From an uncultured Spirochaetota bacterium (GTDB lineage Bacteria; Spirochaetota; Brevinematia; Brevinematales; JAOACQ01), in assembly GCA_963768055.1 (NCBI GenBank), contig CAVYGN010000002.1, positions 32,001 through 96,000 of the forward strand: 64,000 nt of DNA, in the 5' to 3' direction. The translations under genes were made by a program, and so were the position numbers. The first letter of the stretch is position 1. Each line of letters starts with the position of its first letter. The notes under the pieces were generated by a model. It had not been told where the DNA came from. It did not search any database and saw only the letters and a program-made list of their open reading frames with translations. Shown piece by piece: positions 1-10,286 of the stretch.

Positions 1-445
1 CGAATTTGCCCGATTTACCTAATTCTTCCTTGGATTTCTCAGCCTTTATTTTCTGCTCGTCAGTATGATAGAAAACCACCGGCCTGTATTGAGGCCCTCT
101 GTCCACGAACTGACCGCCCCCGTCGGTAGGATTTATCTGGCGCCAATATATTTTAAGAAGATCGTTATAGCTGATTTTGGAAGGATCGAATGTCACCTGT
201 ATCGCTTCGACATAACCCTTTTCTTCGTAATCACCATAAGTAGGGTTTTCACCCTTCCCCCCCGCATATCCGGCGTAAACCGATATTACTCCCCCTATTT
301 CAAAGGGATGCTGCATGCACCAGAAACACCCGCCTGCGAAAGTCGCGACCTCGGCCTTTGAAGCCGTATAAGCCATCGCCGGCAATATCATAAAAAGCCA
401 GGAACCGAATATACCTATTAATGAAATGAGATTGAATTTAAACAT
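1..445 (-). CDS. msrA: Peptide methionine sulfoxide reductase MsrA (possibly MsrAB) with N-terminal hydrophobic leader; 3' end outside the window
   Basis: Not in ORF track. Manual translation from ATG at 445 (RBS GGAGG): MFKFNLISLIGIF...ATFAGGCFWCMQHPF...GYAGG..ENPTY...GGQFVDRGPQYR; GCFW motif. Confidence 0.9.
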   Translation of the reverse strand, partial: MFKFNLISLIGIFGSWLFMILPAMAYTASKAEVATFAGGCFWCMQHPFEIGGVISVYAGYAGGKGENPTYGDYEEKGYVEAIQVTFDPSKISYNDLLKIYWRQINPTDGGGQFVDRGPQYRPVVFYHTDEQKIKAEKSKEELGKSGKF

Positions 446-607
446 ATTATACCTCCATACTAATAATAAAATACTATTAATTGCCCTGATAGGCAAGAAG
501 AGCGGATTATTGGGTTTCAAGTGGCTTTATATATAAAAAGTTCTTTTGGGGAGTTTTTTGCAGCTGGCCGGATCGATCTGCCCGGGCCTGGCGTAAAGGC
601 AAATACC

Positions 608-1930
608 TTAAAATCTGGTCCCGTAATTCAATAAAAGTTCATTTTGATTTATATCGTAGCCTAAATATAAATTATCAACTACCAGGCCGACAAGAAAATC
701 GGTGTTTTTTAATCCGGCTTCAATTGCTATAAATCTCGCAAAATAATACCTGAGGCTAAGGTAATAAAACATTTCATTCCAGTATAATAATTCATAACTG
801 TTTCCGTTTATAATGTCCAATGTCGCATATTTATTGAACTGGTTATAATATGAATAATACAATGAAAGCCCTGCGGAAAGCGAAGGGAATATAAAATATC
901 CGATACTGGTTTCGATTCCGAAATTAATATAGTCGTCGTTTATACTGTATAAATTGTTTGGATCACCCAAATTACAATAACTGAAATGATAATAGTAGAA
1001 CACCGGAGTAATTTCAAAACCGAACTTGTGGTCGTCAGATTTATAAACCTGCATGGGAAATTGAAGTTCTGTCCCAATAAAATAACCCGAATAATAGACA
1101 TAATCCGAGATTTGAAACCATTCATTGAACTGAATTGTAAGATTTGCCCCGATTATTGCGCCATAGGTCGTTGCATATCCCACGACTAAACCAAACGACA
1201 TCGTATTGGGATTGGGCCAGTGATAATTAAAACCCGAATTGAAACAGGCCCCGTCATCGTATTTTGCAATATCATTACTCAATATCTCTTCTGGGAATAT
1301 AATGCCCGAATTGCTTATAGTCCCGTAAGAGTAAAGTATTTCCTTATCATATCCGTTAGTGTTTTCCGACAGATTCTCGGAAAATAATTTAGAATAACGC
1401 TGCACTGACTGATTGACGAACGTATTATAATTCGAAAGGGCCATGGCCTTATCGCCGAGCATTTCATAGCACCTGGCCTTTAAAAAAAGTATATCCGAAT
1501 ATTTTATTATTTCAGGATAAAGGGAGATCAATTTGTCAAAATCTTTAATAGCCCCCGCATAATCCGATTTTTTTATTTTTTTAACGCCCGAGAAATAAAC
1601 GCTCCCATATTCATAATTAATATTCATATCCAGATATTTAAATTTTTCTTTTTGAGAAAGCTCATTATAATAATTATTATAATACTCGTTAGTCCTGTAT
1701 TTTTCTTCCAGCAGCCAGTAATTATTATATTTGCTCACGAAGGTATCTTTGTCTTCACCAGCCCTGATCAAATTTGAATTGTCATCGCGAAGAAATACCT
1801 TATCCTGGCCGCCTTCAAATGTACCGGCGTAAAGGCCCCTGTCCTTATCGAGATCGATTTGAGTGATTTTCCGCGTCGCCGAACAGGAAAAAATTATCAG
1901 GGGCAGGATTAAAATCAATATTTTTTTCAT
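608..1930 (-). CDS. Lipoprotein with TPR-like region and C-terminal beta-strand-rich (barrel-like) domain
   Basis: Lipobox IIFSC; TPR-like AIKDFDKLISLYP..LFLKARCYEMLG; aromatic amphipathic strands ending in F. Confidence 0.6.
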   Translation of the reverse strand: MKKILILILPLIIFSCSATRKITQIDLDKDRGLYAGTFEGGQDKVFLRDDNSNLIRAGEDKDTFVSKYNNYWLLEEKYRTNEYYNNYYNELSQKEKFKYLDMNINYEYGSVYFSGVKKIKKSDYAGAIKDFDKLISLYPEIIKYSDILFLKARCYEMLGDKAMALSNYNTFVNQSVQRYSKLFSENLSENTNGYDKEILYSYGTISNSGIIFPEEILSNDIAKYDDGACFNSGFNYHWPNPNTMSFGLVVGYATTYGAIIGANLTIQFNEWFQISDYVYYSGYFIGTELQFPMQVYKSDDHKFGFEITPVFYYYHFSYCNLGDPNNLYSINDDYINFGIETSIGYFIFPSLSAGLSLYYSYYNQFNKYATLDIINGNSYELLYWNEMFYYLSLRYYFARFIAIEAGLKNTDFLVGLVVDNLYLGYDINQNELLLNYGTRF

Positions 1931-2099
1931 GATAAAATGACTCCTGATATTAAACGAAAATCGGTCGATTGATCTTAAATTATCCGAAAGAAATTTTCAA
2001 TATTTTTCATGTTTTCCCCCCTTTTCCTGAATTTGCTTAGTAAAGGTTTTTATTTTAAAATATGGTGAGCTTGGATTCGATTCGGGACGGAGGCCATTA

Positions 2100-2804
2100 G
2101 TGTATTCTCCAAGAGTGAAGATCTGCGGGATCAAAACATTGGAAATAGCCGAATGCGCGGTTGAAAACAGCGCCGATTCCCTGGGTTTTGTCTTTTTCGA
2201 AAGGAGCCCGAGAGCTGTGGATCTAACCACGGCCCGCGGGATTATTTCAAATCTGCCCCCCTTCGTCAATAAAACCGGCGTCTTCGTCGATAAAAATTTC
2301 AATGAAATAATGGAAACTGTCGAAAAGACCGGCATAGATACGATACAGCTCCAGGGTGAAACACAAATGTACGACAGGGCGTTTATTGAAAATTTATCTG
2401 CAGGAATTCCTTTACCCGTTATACTTACTTTAAGGATGGAAATCATTGATGAAAACTCCATAGGTTCTTTGATGAACGACAGTTACCCGGGTGTAAATGC
2501 ATGGCAGATAGACAGTAAAGACCCGTTGGAATATGGCGGAACCGGCAAATCCGCTTTATGGCGGGATATTAGCGATAAAAGGATAGCTGAATTTCTGAGA
2601 TCCAGGGTAATTATCGCAGGCGGCATCAATATCGGCAATATCGGTTCTCTTTTCGAAAAAATGCTTCCTTACGGCATCGATGTTTCAAGCGGCCTGGAAA
2701 AGGAAAGGGGGCGTAAAGACAAAACCCTGATAAAAAGATTTATGGAACACTTAAGGGAAATTTCAGCTCTTTATCCTGAAACTGAGGAAACTGCGCTTTA
2801 TTGA
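2100..2804 (+). CDS. trpF: Phosphoribosylanthranilate isomerase
   Basis: VKICGI, GFVF..SPR, YGGTG, IAGGI, GIDVSSGLE motifs. Confidence 0.92.
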   Translation: MYSPRVKICGIKTLEIAECAVENSADSLGFVFFERSPRAVDLTTARGIISNLPPFVNKTGVFVDKNFNEIMETVEKTGIDTIQLQGETQMYDRAFIENLSAGIPLPVILTLRMEIIDENSIGSLMNDSYPGVNAWQIDSKDPLEYGGTGKSALWRDISDKRIAEFLRSRVIIAGGINIGNIGSLFEKMLPYGIDVSSGLEKERGRKDKTLIKRFMEHLREISALYPETEETALY

Positions 2805-2815
2805 AAGGAGCTTAT

Positions 2816-3238
2816 ATGGTTAAAAGGATAATAATATTATTTGCACTTGCAACGGTCCTGGGTTCCTGTTCGGACAGTGGCATCAAAAAAAAACCGGTTC
2901 TGAATCAGAAAATCGGGCCGGTCGAGGCTGAAAAAGGCTACGATCTTGTAATGGAGAACATTAACAATCCCGCCTTTGTTATTATAGACGTGAGGTCCGA
3001 AAAGGAATTCGACGCCGGACATATTCCGGGAGCGGTAAATATTGAGTTTAATTCCGGGCAATTCGGTAAAAACATCGGATCTCTTGACAGGAACAAAACA
3101 TATCTTTTATATTGCAGGACCGGCCTGACAAGTGAAATCGTGATTTCAGCTTTCAAAGATCTCGGGTTCAGGGAAGCCTATCATATCTTCGGAGGCCTGA
3201 CGGAATGGATACAAAAGGGGTATCCTGTTGTCAGGTAA
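2816..3238 (+). CDS. Rhodanese-domain lipoprotein
   Basis: Lipobox LGSC; IIDVR..EF..GHIPGAVNI and YCRTG loop; ATG at 2816 after AAGGAG. Confidence 0.85.
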   Translation: MVKRIIILFALATVLGSCSDSGIKKKPVLNQKIGPVEAEKGYDLVMENINNPAFVIIDVRSEKEFDAGHIPGAVNIEFNSGQFGKNIGSLDRNKTYLLYCRTGLTSEIVISAFKDLGFREAYHIFGGLTEWIQKGYPVVR

Positions 3239-3297
3239 TTCGCAAAAATGATCGGAACATGTTATAATTAACCGCTGCAAAAATACAGGGAGGGGCT

Positions 3298-5268
3298 ATG
3301 AATAAAGCTTCGGATTATAATGCCGAATCCATTGCTGCGCTAAATTACCCTGACGGGATCAGGAAAAGGCCCGATATGTATATCGGCGACAGGGGAATGG
3401 ACGGGTTTCATCATTTATCGTTTGAAATAATAGACAATTCCGTGGACGAACATCTGGCCGGTTTCGCCAAAAATATCCGCGTATCACTTCTCGAATCTTC
3501 CCTTATAGAAGTGGAAGACGACGGAAGGGGCATTCCGGTCGACATGCATCCGACGGAAAAGGTTTCAGCCATAGAAGTAGTGCTGACCAAACTGCATTCG
3601 GGCGGCAAGTTCGACAGGAACTCATACAGGGTTTCAGGCGGCCTCCACGGCGTCGGGCTTTCTGTTGTGAACGCCCTTTCCGAATACCTGGAAGTCGAAG
3701 TGTTCAGGGGCGGCAAGCAATATACGATCCGCTATGAAAAAGGCGTAAAGGCTGAAGAGCTGAAAATTGCCGGAACCTCGAAAAAAATAGGCACAATCGT
3801 GAGGTTCAGACCCGACCCGGAAATTTTCCAGGACCAGAAATTTTCATCCAGCGCCATATCTTCAAGGCTTCGGGAGATAGCGTTTTTAAACCCCGGCCTT
3901 TCAGTACTGTTCGAAGACAGGCTGACCGAGGATCCGGATAAACCCGACACTTTCCTGTCCAAAACCTATCAATATAATAACGGCATAGTCGAATTTATAA
4001 AGAACGAACTCAACAAGGAAATAGAGGTAATCTTTCCGGAACCTATCAAGATCGAAGGTACGCAGGAAGGCATCGAAGTCGAGGTAGTCTTTCAATACCG
4101 TAATACCGGAGACGAACCTGAAATTTACAGCTATGTCAACAGCATCCACACTAAAAACCATGGGATTCATGTAGACGCCTTCTGGACCGCTTATGAAAAA
4201 GTGATGAAGAAATTCGCGGTCAGGCTTAACCTTGATAAAAACGCGGAGAAGGTCGACAAAAAGACCTTATCCTTCGGACTGACATGCGTTATAAATACGA
4301 AGATCCCCAACGCGGAATTCAAGGGGCAGACAAAGGACAAGCTTACCGAACCCGCGGAAGCGAGGACTGCGATCCGTGATATTCTCGACAAAAGTCTCTC
4401 GATCTATTTCGAAAAGAACATAGAACTTTCGGAAGAGATCATTAAAAAAGCCATAGTCGAGTTGAAGGCCCTCCAGGAAGCCGAAAAGGCAAGGGAAGGA
4501 GTAAGGACAGGGCTCGGAATGGGTAAAAGGGGAACGGCGGCCATTATTGCCGGGAAACTTGCCGACTGCTCCACCAAAAAAAAGGAGCTTCGTGAACTCT
4601 TCATAGTCGAAGGAGATTCCGCAGGAGGGTCGGCTAAACAGGGAAGGGACAGGGAGATACAGGCTATCCTGCCTCTCAGGGGAAAAATTTTAAACGTTGA
4701 GAAAAAGATAGAGAAAAGCGCGCTCAATCTAGTCCTGGCTAACGAAGAAATAAAGACTATGATAGCCGTTCTCGGCGCCGGATACTATACAAATTTCGAA
4801 ATCGAAAAACTTAATTATTACAAGATCATCATTATGACCGATGCGGATGTCGACGGGGAACATATAAAGACCCTGCTTTTGACATTCTTTTACCGTTTTA
4901 TGCGACAGCTCATTGAAAATGGAAACGTTTTTGTAGCCCGGCCTCCCCTTTACAAGATTTCGGCGGGTAAGAATCTCGAATACGCTTATAGCGATAACGA
5001 AAGGGACAGCCTGCTTAAATCCAAATTTAAAAATACAAAATATGAAATACAGAGGTATAAAGGGCTTGGTGAGATGAACCCCGATCAGCTCTGGGAAACC
5101 ACCATGAACCCTGCTACAAGAAAAATGACCCGTATCGCCATAACTGATTTCGACGAGGCCGAGAATATGATCAAGATCCTTATGGGAGAAGATTCGAATA
5201 CAGGGGAGAGGAAACGTTTTATCCTTTCCAATGTTAATTTTGTTACAAACGTTGACGATATCGGGTAA
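3298..5268 (+). CDS. Type IIA topoisomerase subunit B (GyrB or ParE)
   Basis: RKRPDMYIG, EIIDNSVDE, LHSGGKF, SGGLHGVG, EGDSAGGSAK, PLRGKILN, MTDADVDG, QRYKGLGEM. GyrB vs ParE not resolvable by eye. Confidence 0.93.
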   Translation: MNKASDYNAESIAALNYPDGIRKRPDMYIGDRGMDGFHHLSFEIIDNSVDEHLAGFAKNIRVSLLESSLIEVEDDGRGIPVDMHPTEKVSAIEVVLTKLHSGGKFDRNSYRVSGGLHGVGLSVVNALSEYLEVEVFRGGKQYTIRYEKGVKAEELKIAGTSKKIGTIVRFRPDPEIFQDQKFSSSAISSRLREIAFLNPGLSVLFEDRLTEDPDKPDTFLSKTYQYNNGIVEFIKNELNKEIEVIFPEPIKIEGTQEGIEVEVVFQYRNTGDEPEIYSYVNSIHTKNHGIHVDAFWTAYEKVMKKFAVRLNLDKNAEKVDKKTLSFGLTCVINTKIPNAEFKGQTKDKLTEPAEARTAIRDILDKSLSIYFEKNIELSEEIIKKAIVELKALQEAEKAREGVRTGLGMGKRGTAAIIAGKLADCSTKKKELRELFIVEGDSAGGSAKQGRDREIQAILPLRGKILNVEKKIEKSALNLVLANEEIKTMIAVLGAGYYTNFEIEKLNYYKIIIMTDADVDGEHIKTLLLTFFYRFMRQLIENGNVFVARPPLYKISAGKNLEYAYSDNERDSLLKSKFKNTKYEIQRYKGLGEMNPDQLWETTMNPATRKMTRIAITDFDEAENMIKILMGEDSNTGERKRFILSNVNFVTNVDDIG

Positions 5269-5277
5269 ACAATCGCA

Positions 5278-5457
5278 AGTCTGCAGTCATCAGTCTGCGG
5301 AAAATTTGTCATTTCGAGCGCAGTGTTTATCCCGACCCGGCAGGGCGGGGAGAAATCTTCCCGATAGAGGATTTCTCGTCCCCCCCTACGGGGATAAACG
5401 CTTCGCTCCTCGAAATGACAGATCTTTTTTAAACTACCGACTGTCGACTCTCGACTG
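5278..5457. repeat. 7-mer-periodic tandem inverted repeat arms (AGTCNNN)n ... (GACTNNN)n enclosing a palindromic element
   Basis: Left AGTCTGC AGTCATC AGTCTGC; right ACTACC GACTGTC GACTCTC GACT. Confidence 0.65.
5307..5420. repeat. REP/MITE-like palindromic element with 12-bp perfect terminal inverted repeat
   Basis: TGTCATTTCGAG...CTCGAAATGACA; inner stems GTTTATCCC/GGGATAAAC and GAGAAATC/GATTTCTC; short copy at 56180-56218. Confidence 0.8.
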
Positions 5458-5529
5458 AAGTTATTTGATTATTTTAATCAAGAGCCTTATAATTACTGTC
5501 TATGCAGTCCCATTATATTGGAGGAAGAG

Positions 5530-5721
5530 ATGTCTAGAAAATGCGATGTTTGCGGAAAAGGGCCCATGTACGGCAATAACGTTTCACATTCAAATAGAAA
5601 GACAAGGACCCGCTGGGAACCTAACCTTAAAAAGGTCAAAGCCTCTTTCAACGGCCAGGTTAGAAAAATGAAGATATGTATGGGCTGCCTTCACGCAGGG
5701 AAAGTCGATATCATTCTGTAA
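5530..5721 (+). CDS. rpmB: 50S ribosomal protein L28
   Basis: [33 protein letters not shown]; zinc-ribbon Cys form; RBS GGAGG. Confidence 0.96.
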   Translation: MSRKCDVCGKGPMYGNNVSHSNRKTRTRWEPNLKKVKASFNGQVRKMKICMGCLHAGKVDIIL

Positions 5722-5726
5722 GTCAC

Positions 5727-7001
5727 TCACCTGATAATCACGTCATCCCTTTCAAATCCTGTTGATATATATGATATTTTCCTTTCAAGGTGAAACTCAA
5801 GGAATTCTATATATCTCTTTGCCGCGTCAGGCAATTTTGCAAAGTCCCGGATGCCGTTAGTCTTTTCCATCCATCCCTCCAGTTCCATGTAAACCGGTTT
5901 AATGCCGTTAAGTTCCTCAATTGTAGAGGGGAAGTAATCGATCACGCTCCCGTCTTTCATCCGGTATCCTGTGCAAACGTTGATCCTTCCCAGCCCGTCA
6001 AGAACATCGAGCTTGGTCAGAAATACCTCCATAACCCCGCTGATTCCGATTGAATAACGGACTGATACAATGTCGAACCAGCCGCAGCGGCGGGGCCTGC
6101 CTGTTGTCGCGCCGAATTCCTGTCCAGGGATTCTTAAACATTCTCCTTTTTCATCGATAAGTTCAGTCGGGAACGGGCCTTCGCCTACCCTCGTGGTATA
6201 GGCCTTCGTTATTCCGATTATATTTGCGAAAGAAGACGCGCCTATCCCGCTCCCTGCCAGCGCCCCCGCGGTAATAGTGTTTGAGGACGTTACATACGGA
6301 TAAGTACCGAAATCCACATCGAGGAGGGATGCCTGGGCCCCTTCGAAGAGAATATTTTTTCTCTGCGAATGGGCCTCCTGGAGTATATTTTCAGTATAAG
6401 CGACGTAGGGTCTTAACTCTTCCCTGTATTTAATCAGATCGGCAGTCATTACGTCAATCGAAGGGCAGTCGGCCAGATTATAATAATTCTTTAAAATATA
6501 TTCCTTGACTTCGAAGGCCGCAGTGATTTTTTCCCTTAATATGCCCTCTTCTCCGTAGAGATCCGCTATTCTTATACCAAGGCGGTCCGCCTTATCCGCA
6601 TATGCAGGTCCGATACCCCTCTGTGTTGTCCCGATGGCCCTGTTCTTGTTTATTTCTTTTGCTTTATCAAGGATCTTATGATAGGGCATTACAATATGCG
6701 CTTTATTGCTGAGGAACACCCTTCCCTTGACGTCGATTTCCCCGGATATAAAGCTGATTTCCTTTAAAAATTCTTCTATGTCAAGTACCACGCCGTTCCC
6801 GATTACAACGTTGACCTTTTCATTCAGGATTCCCGAAGGCACGAGATGAAAAACAAATTTCTTTTCGCCGACGCGGACAGTATGCCCCGCATTCGCGCCT
6901 CCCTGGAAGCGAACTACATAATCAAAATCCCTCGCAAGATAGTCAATGACCTTTGCCTTTCCTTCATCGCCCCATTGCGTACCCAAAATCACATAAATCA
7001 T
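5727..7001 (-). CDS. purA: Adenylosuccinate synthetase
   Basis: QWGDEGKAK, GGANAGHT, GIGPAY, EGAQ, TTGRPRRCGW. Confidence 0.97.
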   Translation of the reverse strand: MIYVILGTQWGDEGKAKVIDYLARDFDYVVRFQGGANAGHTVRVGEKKFVFHLVPSGILNEKVNVVIGNGVVLDIEEFLKEISFISGEIDVKGRVFLSNKAHIVMPYHKILDKAKEINKNRAIGTTQRGIGPAYADKADRLGIRIADLYGEEGILREKITAAFEVKEYILKNYYNLADCPSIDVMTADLIKYREELRPYVAYTENILQEAHSQRKNILFEGAQASLLDVDFGTYPYVTSSNTITAGALAGSGIGASSFANIIGITKAYTTRVGEGPFPTELIDEKGECLRIPGQEFGATTGRPRRCGWFDIVSVRYSIGISGVMEVFLTKLDVLDGLGRINVCTGYRMKDGSVIDYFPSTIEELNGIKPVYMELEGWMEKTNGIRDFAKLPDAAKRYIEFLEFHLERKISYISTGFERDDVIIR

Positions 7002-7050
7002 AAGAACCTCTCAAGATCAAATTTAAATAAGGCTTTTACCGCCGGAACCG

Positions 7051-8646
7051 CTAAACTTTTGTACCTCTTTTATCATTTAAAACCGCGTATAAAATCATCG
7101 CTGCCGCAATCAGGGAAACAATATATGGAAAAATAAATCCGAATTTCACATAAATCGTCTCCAGGCCCGTATCGATAAGGGATACGTCTCCGATGTAAAA
7201 CCCTCTCTGGTAATCTCCGACTCCGCCTTCGAAAGTCCCGGTAATATCGATTATGCCGGTCACCCCCGTATTAGTCGCCCTTGCTATAGGCCGCCTGACC
7301 GATATCGCTGTGAGAATTGAACCGGAGAGCATCTGCCACATCGGATGCCGGAAACCCTGCTTATAAGCCCACCCGGCATCGGTTGAATTAATAAAGTAAT
7401 TTACACCCAAACCGATAAATTTTCTCGCAAGCTGGGCATATTGGTCTTCATAACAGATAAGCACCCTGAACCGGGATTTCCTTCCCGTAATGACGTTGAA
7501 ATTTGTCGATGGTGTGTAAGCGCCGGCCCCTTCGATATTCATAATCTCCTTCACAAAAGGAATGGAATCATAACCCGGCATCCATTCCCCGAAAGGGACC
7601 AGGTGGATCTTGGAATTGTCCTGGATAACATCCGTAGCCGGGTCCAGGTATTCAGCGGAATTATAATATTTGCCGTCAGAATATTCGGGAGCGCACATAA
7701 TTATGGGAATGCTGAATTCCTTCGGCATTTTTACGAAACGGATATTTAAACGATTAATCTCTTCATCGGGGTCATAGTTGTTAAGATAAAACCAGACGAC
7801 CGTCCTGACCGTCGATTCGGCCCAGACGATCATGTCAGGGTTAAGTACCGCGGCCTGTGCATTCAGCTTCCAGATTATCCCGTAATTCAGCCATCTGTGC
7901 TCCCACCATGGATCATGCGAGTCTATATCCGGCTGTAAAAGCGCCAGTTTTTCCTTTTTTGACAAAAGAGACATATGCTGATAGTAATTGAACACTATAA
8001 TGCCGTAAAAAATGTTCGAAAGAAAAAGAATTAAAAAAACTAAGATCTTAACGGCGTTTTTCCTGAACGCCTTGCTGACGCTGCCCTTGTCTAAAAGCGA
8101 GCAGATCACATCGGATACAGCCGAGTTTCCAAGGAGAATGAGGAAGCTTATACCCCAGACTCCGAAAATATCGGCACTCTGGATGATTACCGGATATTTC
8201 CACTGTGAATTTCCAAGAAAATTCCAGATAAGGCCATGAAAACCGGCAGATCTTAGAAGTTCACATGAAACCCATAACATCGGAACTGCAAGGTAGCGTA
8301 TTTTTTTCAGCTTCTTGCCGATTATCGCAGTACAGATGAAAAACATGGAATAAAATATTGCGTAGATAGGAATGATTAAAAAAACCGCAGGGAGCCAGAA
8401 TCCGTAAATCCAGAAAAATGAAATGCCGAAATAAACCAGGCTGTAAAAAAACGCATAAATGGCAGTGAGGTGTATTGGTCTGATATAAGAATAAACGAAT
8501 ACGGGTATAAATATGAACCAGACCGTAAAGGAAAGGTTATAAATCGGGAAAGCGAAACCGTAAAAGACCGCCCAGACAAGCCATAGGGAGTTGTCTATAA
8601 TAAGGTCGTTTATTTTTTTATTTTTATTTTCAAAAATCCAGTTCAA
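7051..8646 (-). CDS. lnt: Apolipoprotein N-acyltransferase
   Basis: Multi-TM N-terminus; VWAES, KIHLVPFGE, LICYE, RATNTG (E-K-C nitrilase triad). Confidence 0.93.
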   Translation of the reverse strand: MNWIFENKNKKINDLIIDNSLWLVWAVFYGFAFPIYNLSFTVWFIFIPVFVYSYIRPIHLTAIYAFFYSLVYFGISFFWIYGFWLPAVFLIIPIYAIFYSMFFICTAIIGKKLKKIRYLAVPMLWVSCELLRSAGFHGLIWNFLGNSQWKYPVIIQSADIFGVWGISFLILLGNSAVSDVICSLLDKGSVSKAFRKNAVKILVFLILFLSNIFYGIIVFNYYQHMSLLSKKEKLALLQPDIDSHDPWWEHRWLNYGIIWKLNAQAAVLNPDMIVWAESTVRTVVWFYLNNYDPDEEINRLNIRFVKMPKEFSIPIIMCAPEYSDGKYYNSAEYLDPATDVIQDNSKIHLVPFGEWMPGYDSIPFVKEIMNIEGAGAYTPSTNFNVITGRKSRFRVLICYEDQYAQLARKFIGLGVNYFINSTDAGWAYKQGFRHPMWQMLSGSILTAISVRRPIARATNTGVTGIIDITGTFEGGVGDYQRGFYIGDVSLIDTGLETIYVKFGFIFPYIVSLIAAAMILYAVLNDKRGTKV

Positions 8647-10274
8647 GATTTTACCCGTCGCATTCTGCCTATTACAATTATTATACCGGGCAGAATATAA
8701 AGTAAGAATACCGCAATGGAAATGACGAATAACAATCTCTGCTCAAAGCTTGAAAGCTGAAATCCTGTTATAGCGGTGCTTTTCGGCCTGATTGAAATTT
8801 CTCCTTCCCTGTTAAGAAGGTAATTGACGGAGTTAAGAAACAGATCGGAATTCCCTCCCGTGCTGATATAAGAGTTATTTATAAAATCGCTGTCACCGAA
8901 TACTATCATTCTGGATTCATTTCTGTTAGTTATCTCGCCCTTTCTCGACTCGGAAATATCGAAGTGAACCTTCTTCGCCGCGTATCCCAGAACGAGGGGC
9001 CCTTGCATGTCTTCTTTATCCTGGGAAGCAAATCCCGATTTGATTTTTTTGAGGGAAACTTCGCCGAACGAATTCGCTGATGTTTTTAATAAAGGGGCCA
9101 GCGTCAGATCATCTTTATTCAGCCTGTCTTTTTCAGGGATTTCCAGTATGCCGCAGGATGTCGGCATTACTATCCCTAGATGATTCCTGATCAGGGGCAT
9201 AGTGATCATATGCGGAACAGGATTATTGATTATTACAGTGGTCCTGCCGTATTGCGGAATATAATCCTGATCCTCCACGACCAGGTTTCGATAGTAATAC
9301 AAACCCATCTGCCTCAGAATATCATTAACGGTCAGATGGGTCTCAAGTTCGAGCATTACAAGAACGCTCCCGCCCTGATTTACAAAATTATCGATTTTAT
9401 CGAGTTCATCGGCCGTGAAAGAGTGTGTAGGATTACCTATTATGAGAAGGCCGCAATCTGCCGGTATATCGGGAAAACTCATGAGGTTCAATACCTTCAC
9501 GTTCATATTCTGCTCTTTCAATATCCCGGCCATTCCCGAATAGCCTCTTTCATCTGTCATGGCCGGATTGATCTCGCCATGTCCCTGGAGAATATAAACA
9601 TTCGGGGGCCTGCCCGCAATTACACTTTTTATTGCCAGAGTATAAGCTGCCTCACCCATGTAATTGATCCTGCCGGTCTCTTGGTCGCTGGATACGACCT
9701 TTTTTAAGCTCACGGTTGAAGTATTCCCTTTATAGTCGAATACAACGGTACCGTTCTCGCTTACATTGTATCGATTCGCAAGGGATTTATTCCGGTTGGG
9801 ATCGACGATTGAAAGATTTAGATGACCGCATCTCTCAGTGTAGATCTTAAGCAGGTTATCCTCGTAATCGAGGACCATGTCGCTTTTATCCTGCTGCTTG
9901 AAATAATAAATATTAATATCGTTAGACAGCCTGTTAAGAAGATTTACGGTTTCGCTCGTCAGGCTGTAAAGCCTGGAAGCTGTAAGGTCGATTTTCAAGG
10001 GAAACATTCCGGATAAAAGATACACGAAAATCAGGATCCCGAAAAGTAATATAACCTGGAAAGTCTTATTAATGCCGGTAAGCATGCCGCTTTTCCTGAA
10101 AAAAGCCGGCAGGGCCTTATAATTCAGCGCCAGATAAAATATTATCGAAATAAACGCTGCGAAAAATACAATCCTCGAGGAAAGGTCGTAAATCCCCATG
10201 AGGACATAAAAAACAATCGATGCGCATATCAATGCCGATACAACAATCAGGGCCGCCAGGTTTAATTTTTTCAT
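8643..10274 (-). CDS. GldG-family ABC transporter auxiliary component
   Basis: DLT..RLYSL, GHGE, VFGDSDF..N, N.DLFLNSVNYL; TM segments at both ends. Confidence 0.85.
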   Translation of the reverse strand: MKKLNLAALIVVSALICASIVFYVLMGIYDLSSRIVFFAAFISIIFYLALNYKALPAFFRKSGMLTGINKTFQVILLFGILIFVYLLSGMFPLKIDLTASRLYSLTSETVNLLNRLSNDINIYYFKQQDKSDMVLDYEDNLLKIYTERCGHLNLSIVDPNRNKSLANRYNVSENGTVVFDYKGNTSTVSLKKVVSSDQETGRINYMGEAAYTLAIKSVIAGRPPNVYILQGHGEINPAMTDERGYSGMAGILKEQNMNVKVLNLMSFPDIPADCGLLIIGNPTHSFTADELDKIDNFVNQGGSVLVMLELETHLTVNDILRQMGLYYYRNLVVEDQDYIPQYGRTTVIINNPVPHMITMPLIRNHLGIVMPTSCGILEIPEKDRLNKDDLTLAPLLKTSANSFGEVSLKKIKSGFASQDKEDMQGPLVLGYAAKKVHFDISESRKGEITNRNESRMIVFGDSDFINNSYISTGGNSDLFLNSVNYLLNREGEISIRPKSTAITGFQLSSFEQRLLFVISIAVFLLYILPGIIIVIGRMRRVKS

Positions 10275-10286
10275 CTTAATAGCCCC

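Noticed and set aside
240..310. Apparent frameshifts in msrA at G/C homopolymers
   Set aside because: Recounting gives a continuous frame (HPFEIGGVISVYAGYAGGKGENPT).
5231..5671. ORFs 5231..5458 and 5465..5671
   Set aside because: Read-through of the palindromic element and an off-frame overlap with rpmB.
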